From contig NC_069006.1 of NCBI RefSeq assembly GCF_001194135.2, positions 10,442,458 to 10,496,229 on the forward strand: a stretch of 53,772 nt of DNA, written 5' to 3'. Under the pieces are notes generated by a model. The model did not search any database. It was given only the letters and a program-made list of their open reading frames with translations, and was not told the origin of the DNA. Position numbers and translations under genes: made by a program. Within the stretch, counting starts at the first letter, position 1; every line of letters begins with the position of its first letter. This stretch comes from Octopus bimaculoides. Its lineage: Eukaryota. Shown piece after piece: positions 25,150-36,600 of the stretch.

Positions 25150-25270
25150 CACAGACGAGTGTATTGTCTTCAGGAAAAGGTAGAAACGATGAAGGAAATG
25201 GGACGATGATGGAAGCATGACTGCTGTGAGCCACAGGATTGGTGTCAGTGAATCTACCATTTGTTTCACA
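25150..25270 (+). mobile_element. Possible pogo/Tigger CENP-B-type HTH fragment
   Basis: RVYCLQEKVETMKEM / DDGSMTAVSHRIGVSESTICF across one frameshift. Confidence 0.4.
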
Positions 25271-26591
25271 ACGATAGGCGTCTGATGCTAACGAATGATG
25301 TAGATGGGTGGATTCTCTACAGGAAAAGGTTAGATGATCAGAAAAATACAGAGGAACTTTGCTGCTGGTAGGTCTGATGTTTGTGAATGTAGTATTTGTT
25401 CCATTTAAAAAGAGCACGGGGACCACCCATTAATCAGTATGGTTCTGAAACCAGAACCTGCAATAAATGAGGATAGATGTACTGGGTTTGAAGGCACAGA
25501 CTAGTCTCTCCCAAAATTTTAAGTCTTGTGCCTATAATAATAATAAAATAGTGAGCTGACAGAAATGTCAGACAGTATTTGTTCTTTTCATTCCAAGTTC
25601 AAATCTTGCCAAGGTGAACTTTAGCATTGATCCTGTTGAGGAGGATAAAATAAAGTACCAGTTCAATATTAGGGAAATGATCCAACACCCTTCCCATCAA
25701 AATTGCTGATTTTGTACCAAACTTCCGAGCCGTTATTAATATCAGTATTGAGGTAAAAAGTTGCATTTCTCATCATAACATGAGATCAAACCTCACGTCA
25801 TCCAGTGTTAGTGGGTCCAGAGCAAGGCACATGGATTGAACCCAGTTTACCTGGCTGACAAGATGGGGTCTATTCATGTTTCACAATCCAGTGGTGGAAT
25901 AGCAATGAATCACAAACCCAATCCTTAACAATTGTCCCTGAAAAACAAGGCACACAACTCTGTATGTCCCAGTCTGCTTAGAAACTAGACATCTATGGAA
26001 CACCCTAAAATATTATCATAAGACACTATCAAATAATATATGTGTATATATATATTTATTTATTAGGTACATACATATCTGTCCATGTATATAAACACAC
26101 AAGTCAGTGTGTGTGTGTAGTAAGAAACCTGCTTTCCAACCACACGGCCCCGGGTTCAGTCCCACTGTGTGGAACCGCAAACCACAAGAGTGGATTTGGT
26201 AGACAAAAACTATAAAAAAGTTCACTGCATATATATCTGTGTGTGTGTGTGTGTGTGTTTGTCCCTTACCATTGCTTGGCAATGAGTGTTGGTTTGTTTA
26301 CATCCTCGACCAATAGAATAAGTAGCTGGCTTCAAAAAACTAAAGTACTAGGGTCGATTTGTTTGACTAAAATAACCCCTTCAAGGCAGTGCCCCCAGAA
26401 CAGCAGCGGTCTAATGACCGAAACAGTAAGAGAGATACACACACACACACAAAATCTACTCAGCCAACACAGATAGAGGTCAGCTGCATCACCATCAGCA
26501 GCTAACCATTTCTCTGGGCACAGACCCAGTCTCGAGAGACTGACAAATGCGTGTTATATACATACACACAAACATGTATATATAGCTAGAT

Positions 26592-26754
26592 CAGTGCTCC
26601 ACAACTAGCATGTTGTGGCACACTCGTGTGCCACTTTGTAACCTGAATCTAATTTTTTCACTGTACTTTTAGTTACAATTTTAGTTCAGGTGTGCCGCCA
26701 AAGTTTGAAAAGAATATAATTGTGCCACAAGTGAAAAATGGTTGCAGGGCACTG
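26592..26754. mobile_element. hAT-type MITE
   Basis: TIRs cagtgctccacaac / gttgcagggcactg; 8-bp flanks agctagat and cgctagac (6/8). Confidence 0.7.
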
Positions 26755-27229
26755 CGCTAGACAACACAAACATTACTTACATGCTCTCCCACACCAGGCA
26801 CAATTATAAAGGTAAAAAAACTTTTAAAAATATATATCTTGATGATATTGATGATGATGATTTCTTTAAATAAGAAATAAAAACCTGATAAAGATTCCAA
26901 TAAAAAATGGGCCCCATGACATTACTGGTAGATAAGTCACAAAAACCAATCAACAGTGAATTATCTAATCCACCCTCGACCAGACCCACTGGCAATTTCC
27001 TGCCTACGCTTCTAGGCACCTTCCTATTATTGGTAAGTGGTCAGAGTAATCCTCAACCCGTGTACCCTTCTCCCCACCCCATTTATTTGGACCATTTCTA
27101 TTTTTCCTTAGATTCTGTTGTTCCCATACCCCTTATTTTCCAAGAAACGAATATAAAAACCACTCCCATTTTACAAACCCCAATATGTAATTCCCTCTAA
27201 GGCAAAAAAAAAAAAAAAAAAAGAGAAAC

Positions 27230-29875
27230 CTAATAATGGTTTCAAATTTTGGCACAAGACCAGCAAATCCAAGGGAGGAGATAAATTGATTACACCCCTC
27301 CCCCCATATTATTATTTATACGTAAACACAAACTAAACCCTAATAATAATCCNNNNNNNNNNAAAGGCAAAGTCGACCTTGGCGGAATTTGAACTCAGAA
27401 CATAAAGACAGCCAAAATGCCACTGAGCATTTTGGCCAGCATGCTAACGATCCTGCCAGCTCACCACAATAATAATAATAATTTCAAATTTTGTCATAAA
27501 GGCAGCCATTGGGGGAGTACAAGTCGATTCAATCAACGCCAGTGTGTAACTGGTACTTAATTTATCAACTCTGAAAGGATGAAATGCAAAGTTGACCTCG
27601 GTGGAATTTGAACTCAGAATATAAAGACAGACAAAAATACTGCTATGCATTTCGCCCGGCATGCTAACGATTCTGCCAGCTCACCACCTTAATAATAATA
27701 ATCCTTTCTACTATAGGCACAAAGCCTGAAACTTGGTGGGAGGGGGCTAGTCGATTACATTGACCCCAGTGTGTAATTGGTACTTAATTTATCAACTCCA
27801 GAACAAAGATAGATGAATGTCGCAAAACACTTTGCCTAAAGTGCTAACAGTTCTGCCAGTTCACCACCACAACAACAACAACAAAAATAATAATAATGGT
27901 TTCAAATTTGGCCACAAGTTGATTATATTGAGACCAGTGTTTCATTGGTACTTAATTTATCGACCCCAAAAGGATGAAAGGCAAGGTCGACCTTGGCAGA
28001 ATTTGAACTCAGACCGTAAAGACAGCAGCAAGGCTGCAAAGCATTTTGCCTGGCGTGCTAACAATAATGGTTTCAAATTTTGGCAGAAGACCTGTAGTTT
28101 GAGAAGGATGGAGGCAAGCTGATTACATTGACCCCAGAGCTCAACTGGTGCTTTATTTCATCAACCCTGAAAGGATGAAAGACAAAACTGACCTCAGCAG
28201 TATTTGAACTCAGAACACAAGAAACTGGTGCTGAGCATTTTCGTCTGACAACACTAACAATTCTACCCACTACAATGATAGTAGTAATGGTTTCAAACTT
28301 TCCTAACAGACAAGCAGTTTTGAGGGGAGGGGTCTGTTGACTGCCATCAACCCCAGTACACGACTGGTACCTCATTATATCAATCCTGGAAGGAGGAAAG
28401 GCAAAGAGCTAGGAGAAATGCTACATAGCATTTTGTCTGGCGTGCTAACGACTCTGCCTTGATAATTATCTTTTTTTATATTTTAGGCACAAAGCCTGTA
28501 ATTCGTAGGGCAGGGGTTAGTCAGTGACATGAACCCCAGTGTTCCACTGGTATTTATTTGGATGAAAGGTAAAGTCAACCTTGATGGAATTTGAACTCAG
28601 AATTTAAATTCCGGACGAAACGCTACTAAGCATTTTGTCCAGCATGTTAACAATTCTTGCCAGTTCACTGTCTCCTTATGCACTTTCCCTTGTAGGCACA
28701 TAGCTTAGAATTTTGGGGGAGGGGAACAGTCAATTACATCGACCACCAGAACCCAACTGGTACTTATTTCATCAACCCCAAAAGGATGAAAGGACAAGTC
28801 AACCTCGGCAGAATTTGAACTCAAAACGTAAAGACGGATGAAATGCTTTTCCTAGATTTCAGAGACGAGGAATTATGTACATTATTTACATTTGACGGAT
28901 ATTTGCTCTCATCTTGATGAAGGCTGGAGGGTATATATCAGCCGAAACGTTGTGTTAACAACAAACAAGATGAGGACAAATATCCGTCGAATGTAAATAA
29001 TGGACGATACACAGCCAAGCATTTTCTCTGCTGCACTAACAATCCTGCCAGCTCGTTGTCATGTTAATAAGAACAATAAATGACGAGCACTCAAGGGCAC
29101 AAATTTGGTACAGGTGCAAGGAAGGAGTTAAAAATCTTGACCTACTAGCCCCCCCCCCCAATTAAGGGTTAAATGAATGACTGGTACTTTACGGTATCCC
29201 TTCCAATTCATGTTCCAAGTAAAGGAATGAAAATATATAAAAAAAAAAAACCCCAGAATAATCTTAGGTTAATGTATACCCTCATTGGGTGTATATTTTT
29301 GATGCTCTACAGACTCTAGCAATCTGTTACACTGTGTGATGAAGATGATTATAACAGTAATAGTAATAATAATGTCATAATACTAATAACAATTATGTCT
29401 TTTATTTGTCACAAGGATTCATAAACAGTATCATCATCAGAGTGGTAGATAGATGCAATTGGTAAAACAGTCTGATGATGACGATGATGATTATAATGGT
29501 TTCTCATTTAGGCACAAGGCCAGCAAATGTTGAAGAGCAGCGGGAGGGGGAGATTAGCCGATCACAATACCAACCCCAGTATTTAACTGGTACTTCATTT
29601 TATTGAACCCCCGCACCCCCCAGCAGGTTTTGAATTCAGAAATATCATTACTAATAAAAATAATAATGATCCTTTCTACTAAAGGCACAAGGCCTGACAT
29701 TTTGGGGGAGGGGGTAAGTTGATTACATCGACCCCAGTGCATAACTGGTACTTATTTTATGAACCCCTGGAAGGATGAAAGGCAAAGTCGACCTTGGTGG
29801 AATTTGAACCCAAAATGTAAAGACGGGTGAAATGCTGCGAAGCATTTTGTGCTAATGATGCTGCCAGCTTGCCAC

Positions 29876-29942
<67 letters not shown>

Positions 29943-30163
29943 GTAATAATTCTTTCTTTGTATTATAGACTTGACACTAGGCTGGAAGTGGATCGGTCGA
30001 TTACATCAACCCCAGTGCACAACTGGTACTTGTTTTATTGACCCTGAAAGGATGAGAGGCAAAGTCGACCTTGGCGGAATTTGAACTCAGAACGTAAAGA
30101 CAGATAAAATGCAACTAAGCATTTTGTCCAGCGTGGTTATGATTCTGCCACCTTGCCATCAAG

Positions 30164-30200
<37 letters not shown>
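27230..30200 (-). mobile_element. Head-to-tail train of ~11 copies of a ~200-nt tRNA-derived SINE with (ATT)n tails
   Basis: Recurrent minus-strand head TGGCAGAATCG (A box) and GAGTTCAAATTCC (B box), core gtcgactttgcctttcatcctttcggggtcgataaattaagtacc; units near 27363, 27577, 27750, 27970, 28172, 28390, 28560, 28782, 29580, 29771, 30048. Confidence 0.88.
28880..29002. repeat. Small fold-back insert: 37-nt inverted arms around a hammerhead-like core
   Basis: 28880-28916 versus 28966-29002 match at 34/37; the loop holds TTGATGA-A-GGCTG...CAGCC-GAAAC. Confidence 0.85.
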
Positions 30201-30206
<6 letters not shown>

Positions 30207-30427
30207 TGAATGAAAAAAATTAGGTGAATGGAACAGATGAAAATAACTGACTTTGGATAAATGGAAGGCAAAATGGAATTATATGACGTGAAGAGGAAAT
30301 AGAAGAGGAGGATATAGTGAGGACGTGGGAAGGGGTGGAAGAGGTATAATGAAAATTGGAGAGGAGGGGGGGTAAGTGGAGGGGGAGGAGCTAGAAGAGA
30401 AAGTGGGCCGAGTGGGGTTTGGTGATA

Positions 30428-30601
30428 TTATGGTGAGAAGACTGGCAATCGTTCCAGTTTCTGTCTGTTGGCTTCGGTGTCCGCCCGCGCCAGGTAGAGG
30501 GAGTGGCCGTAGCCGCATGCGATGCCATGGATATAGATGCCGTCCAAAGTCTTGACCTCCTGCGGCACTGTAGAGGAGTGAGGCTTGTTTTCTCCGTAAC
30601 C
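30428..30601 (-). CDS. RCC2: RCC2 final coding exon 11 (GYGENKPHSSTVPQEVKTLDGIYIHGIACGYGHSLYLARADTEANRQKLERLPVFSP*)
   Basis: Acceptor aatattttcag at 30602; 174 nt ending in TAA. Confidence 0.96.
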   Translation of the reverse strand, partial: GYGENKPHSSTVPQEVKTLDGIYIHGIACGYGHSLYLARADTEANRQKLERLPVFSP

Positions 30602-33600
30602 CTGAAAATATTCAAAAGAAAAAGGGGGAAAAAACCTCCGATGAGCAATGAAAGATAGGAGGAGGAGAATGATAGACAGACACAGAGAAGGGAAGGAGGA
30701 AAAGAGAGAGGAACAGAGGCAGAGGCATGGCTGTGTGGTTAAGAAGCAGGTTTTGCAATCATGTAATTTCATGTTCAGTCCCACTGTACGGCACCTTGGG
30801 CAAATGTCTTTTATTATGACCCTAGGCCAACCAAAGGTGCTTAAGTGATTTGAGTCTTTCATCAGAATTTCCCCTTCATTTATGTTGCACATCTGCTAAA
30901 TTTTTCAATATTTTCAAAAATTAATTGAAGAGAAGTGTTTTTCAACAAAAATGTGGTTAAGAAACAGATTTAAGTGTTCTAAATTAAAGCCTTCAATCAA
31001 AATTTCATGTTGATTTGAGTTCCAAACACCAGCTTCTTAATAATGACAAAATTAATTTACAAAACTTCATTATTTTTAAAATCAAGAAACATAAGCAGTG
31101 CATTTCAATAAAAAATGGTAACAAAAGGATTATTAACCTTTTAGCATTCAGATTTCTTTGTCAGATGTATTGCTTATTTATTCACATTGTTTTGAATTGA
31201 TTACAGGTTATTTTGTATCCCCAAAATTTCATTGATGTGTTTGTATATTTTTAGAGTGATATTGCAGAGCAACTGTGAGAGGTTAGATCTGGTCAGTTTT
31301 AACAAAACAGGGGAAATATTTGGCCCAGATATGGCCAGTTTAAATGCTAAAGGGTTAAAGAGTTTTAAATAAAAAACCTTCCATCAAAATTTCTACTCCA
31401 TTTATGTTTCAACCGAAATATGGTACCAAAAGAGTTGGTTAGTCAAAGTACTAAACTAATGAACTAGTAACTTTCAACACATACCAGTTCTCCATATGTA
31501 GGACTTGGTCCCCAGCTTACAACACTTTCATCAGCAGCAACCACAATACTCTTGTTGCTGGAAACAGGCAAAAAAAAAAAGAGAGAGACAACCACATTAG
31601 TCAGTTCACAGCATATTAAACATGGTTCTGTAGTAACGAGGAGGAAGGAGAGCAGGTGATGAATGGGTCAACTGAATGGCTGGACCAGATAGGGAGAAAT
31701 CCTTCAAAGTTACACACAAGAGATGCAATGGTATTTCAGGAAACCATTGAGGAAAGCAATGGCAGCATGTGGTGTAGTGGTTAAGGTGCTGCACTTGTGA
31801 CAGCAAGATTGCGGTTTCAATTCCTGGACTGGACAATGCATTGTTGTGTTCTTGAGTAAAACACATTTCATTTCATGTTGCTTCAGTTTATTTAGTTGTT
31901 AAAGAGTAACTCTGCAACAGACTGGCATCTCGTTCAGGGGTGATGTGATGATCTTTGCTCACCTATGAACCATGGAAACCAGGTAACAGGCCCTAGAAGT
32001 CCTAGGCCTTAAGACAGTAATGTCCAGAAGTTGATGATGATGATGATGCTGATGCTGAGTGAGGGAGCCTATGTGTGGTCACTCAGCCAGATAGAAACTG
32101 CAGGCAAATCTATTGAATAATAATACCCTTCTGTCTTAAAAGGGATAGTGGCTAAAATAGTCCCAGATACACAGAGCTGGGAGAAGGGTGGAAGGGAATG
32201 AACATGGCTAAAATACCTTTGATCATAGGCCTGCTCAGTCAGGGCTGACCTGGGGTTAAACAACATATGCCATCGTAATCATCACCAGAAAGGGAAAGAA
32301 AAAGAAAAAAGTAAACTGACCAGCGGCCAACACTCCTCACTCTCCATCCTGATAAGTCCTGAACCAGTTTTTGGTACTGGTAATGATACAGTAATGTCCA
32401 GAAGTTGATGATTATGCGGAGTGAGGGAGTCTATGTGTGGTCACTCAGCCAGCTAGAAACTGCAGGTAAATCTCATTTGAATAATACCTCTCTGTCTTGA
32501 AAGGGAAGTAAGATATTGGCTAATGTAGTGCCAGATACACAGTGCCGGGAGAAAATTGAGATGGGACATGGCTCAGTCAAGGCTGACATGGGACTAAACA
32601 ATATATCGTAGTCATCACCAATATACTCAAACCATCATAACCATAACCTACACAATGAGACCATAATAGGTATCAACTAGACAGTAAGACCACTATCCTC
32701 TAGGTAATAAGAAAGACCACCACAACCACCACCTACACAATAAGACCAGCATAGCAATCAGCTAGACCAGTGCTTCTCAACTGGGGTCCATGCAACAATA
32801 CAGTAATTTAGGGATGCACAATAGTATTTTAAGAGCCCCTGAAAAAATTCTGCAAGAAAGAGCCAGGTTTCTTTCTCAGCATTTTATGAAGTTCAAACTA
32901 CATAAGTTAATGTGGGAAAAACAAAATAGGAATTTTGAAACAAGTTTCTATAAAACTAGTTTTTAAACATCAAATGGCGATAGGGGACCACCAGAATAAA
33001 GTAGTAATCGAAAGGGGTCATAGATAATAAATGGTTGGTTAAGAACTCCTGCTTCAGACAATAAAACCACCACAGACCATAATCTATTACATACACAAAC
33101 ATAAAAGAAAAAAGAGAGAGAAAAAAGTAAACTGACCAGCAGCCAACACTTCTCACTCTCCATCCTGATAAGTCCTGAACCAGTTTTGGGTACATGGAGG
33201 CCTCACCTGTTGATTTTGTCTGACCCCAGAAATACAGGCTACCTGCAAACAAGAAAGTGAGAAAGAAAAAAAGGTGCAGAATGTAATTGACTGATTTAGT
33301 GATTGAAGGAGTAAAAGAGAATAGCCTCCAGTTTCAGAAACAATAAAATATAACAAGACCCTGGGCACAGAATGGTTGCGTGGTTTAGAAGCTCACTTTG
33401 CAACTACGTAGTTTTAGGTTCAATCCCACAGCATGGCAATTAGTAGGGATTGTCTTTTACTAAAGCCTCAAGTTGACCAATGCCTCATGAGTACATGAGG
33501 TCAACAGAACATTGGAAGCCCATCATAAATAGAGATATGTGGTGTGCATGAGTCTTTGGGTTAGTTTGATAACTGGAAGAGGCTGGTTTACATCGCAGCA

Positions 33601-36600
33601 ACTTAGAAGTTCAGGAAAGCAGATGGAAAAAAAAAAAACAAGTACCAGACAGGTGCAGGAGTGGCCGTGTGGAAAGTAGCTTGCTTACCAACCACATGGT
33701 TCCGGGTTCAGTCCCACTGCGTGACACTTTGGGCAAGTGTCTTCTACTATAGCCTCGGGCCGACCAAAGCCTTGTGAGTGGATTTGGTAGACGGAAACTG
33801 AAAGAAGCCCGTCGTATATGTATATATATATGTGTATGTATGTGTGTTTGTCCCCCCACCATCGCTTGACAACCGATGCTGGTGTGTTTACGTCCCCGTA
33901 ACTTAGCGATTCGGCAAAAAGAGACCGATAAGATAAGTACTAGGCTTACAAAGAATAAGTCCTGGGGGTCGATTTGCTCGACTAAAGGCGGTGCTCCAGC
34001 ATGGCCGCAGTCAAATGACTGAAACAAATAAAAGAGTAAAAAAAAAAAAAGAGAGACATAAAATTAAGTGTTGAAGACGATTAGTCTGACTAAATCTCAT
34101 CAAAGGAGTATCCCAGCATGGCCACAGTCCAACAAAAGAAGGCTCATAGCTAAATCACTACTTTGATCAGCAATAACCCATGGTTTCTTTCTCGCTTCTA
34201 GTTACCCAACACACTACACCAACCACAGATTACTGGTGAAGCAGTATGATTTTCACTACTCTTACTCCTTTGGCTGAGAATATAAAAGAATAAACTCTTT
34301 TAATCTTTAACTGTTTACCTAAATGCTTAACCCTTTAGTATTCAGACCAGCAGGACCCATAAATATTTTAAGGAATTAATGGTAAACTTATTGGGTTATT
34401 TTGGAAAACTTTAACAAAAAAAAAAAAAAAAACCTGAAAGCATAACAAATGTTATGTCTGTATCGAACGATGGTTGTTCATACTTTCTGCACAACACTCT
34501 CCCTCTTCGCCTTTCCCTTCAATTAATCACATGCAAGCGTTACAGACTGGCTAAGTAACGGACCGACAAGCAGAATTATAATTAGATTTTTGTCAAATGT
34601 AATACTTATAAATTCATATTGTTTTCAATTAATCAAGCATTGTCTTGTCACTTTGAGATTTTGATGTTGAGTGTTTATTTTTAGAATGACATTATAAGAT
34701 AGGTGTGAGAGGCCAGATCTGGCCAGTTTCAGCATAAAACATGTGGAATAATTTGGCTGGATATGACCAGTTTAAATGCTAAAGGGTTAAATCATTGGAC
34801 TGCGACCATGCTGGGGCACTGCCTTGAAGTATTTTAGGTGAACCACTAAGTTATGGAGGTACCAGTTGTCTAGTGGGATGGACAAACACAAAGACTAGCA
34901 CACAGACATTGGCAGTCCATTGTTATAGAAGAAGACACGTCCCCAAGGTGCTACAGAGTGGGACTGAACCTAGAACCATACAATTGCAAAGTGAGTTTCT
35001 TAACCACACAGCCATGGCTGCACCTAGAGAAACAAATGTATAGCAAAGTAGTGTGACTGGAAAAATGGCAAATAAACTCACCTAATTCATTGACAGCAAG
35101 ACAAAATGTTGAGCCGCAAAATATCTGGGTTGCACCTCGGTTTGGTCCATCAAAGAATTTCAGGTGCCGTGGCACAAACTCGTCCTTTGGTTCCGAGTGC
35201 CCTAATCGTCCATAGCCACCAAAACCCCACGTGAACACCCGTTTTTTGGAATCAAGTGCTACCTGCAGAAAATAAGATAAATAATAATAATAGTAATAAT
35301 AACGATTTCAAATTTTAGCACAAGGCCAGCAATTTGGAGACAGAAGTAAGTCGATTAAATGGACCCCAGTGCTCAACTGGTACTTAATTCATTAACCCCA
35401 AAGGGATGAAAGGCAAAATCGACCCCAACATAATTTTAACTCAGATGAAATGCCGGTAAGCATTTCAGCCTGCAAGCTAATCATTTTGCCTTAATAATGA
35501 TGGGCCTCCGTGTTGAAGATAATGTACAAGTGCTCAGCTCTTACTGAACAACTTGCACAAATGCAGGTCACGCATTAGCTTCACTCATCATCATCGTTTA
35601 ACATCCACTTTCCATGCTGGCATCGGTCGAACGGTTTGACTGAGGGCCGGCAAGCTTTTCATAGCTGGATGCCCTTCCTAATGCCAACCACTCCGAGTGT
35701 AGTGGGAGCTTTTTACGTGCCACCAGCATGAGGGCCAGTTTGGTGGTACTGGCAACAAACAAGCTCGAATGATGCTTTTTACGTGCCACCGGCACCGGAG
35801 CCAGTCAGGTGGTACTGGCATCGGCCACGACAATGATCTCACTTGACTCAACACACATCAGGTGTCAAAGTAATCAAAGAGCAATGTGAGATGCATTATG
35901 GTCATGAGCAAAACACTTCATCACCCGGTCTGGGAATTGAAAGCACGATCTTGCAATCATGAGTGCATCACCCTAACCACTAAGCCACGTCTCTGCTTTT
36001 ATTTTTTTTAGATAATAATATTTCTTTCTACTTTTTGGCACAAAGCCAGCAATCTTGATGGGAAGAGGATGTCATTTACATTGAGCCCCAGTACCTGACA
36101 GGTACTTATTTCACCCCACCCCACAAAAAAAAGGAAAGCCAAAGATAACCCTGGTGGAATTGGAACTCAGAATGTCAAGAGCTGGAAGAAATGCTGCTTG
36201 GCATTTTTTCTGATGCACTGATGATTCTGCACAGGGCCTGAAATTAGGGGGGAAGGGATTAAGTTGATCACATCAACCCCAGTGCGCAACTGGTACTAAT
36301 TTTATTGACCCCACCCAAAAGGATGAAAGGCAAAGTCGACTCCAACGGAATTTGAACTCAGAACGTAACGGCAGACGAAATACTACTCAGCATTTCACCC
36401 AGCATGCTAACGACTCTGCCTCAATAATAACAATCCTTCCTACAATAAACACGAGGCCAGAAATTTTGGGGGGAGTGGACTCGTCAGTTATTATCAACCC
36501 CCTCCCCTGTAGTCAACTGGTATTTATTTTATCGAACCTGACAAAATGACAAAGAACTCACAACATTAAGACCCTGAAGATATTCTTCTAAGTAGTAGAA

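Noticed and set aside
27230-30200. CRISPR-like or satellite array
   Set aside because: The units carry SINE A/B boxes and tails, are ~200 nt and diverged; no cas genes; eukaryotic context.
29400-30427. RCC2 polyadenylation site
   Set aside because: AATAAA-like hexamers on the minus strand fall inside SINE or AT-rich sequence; none can be singled out.
33652-33720. tRNA genes at SINE heads (also 31760-31830)
   Set aside because: A and B boxes are present, but I could not fold a cloverleaf, and each continues into a SINE body.
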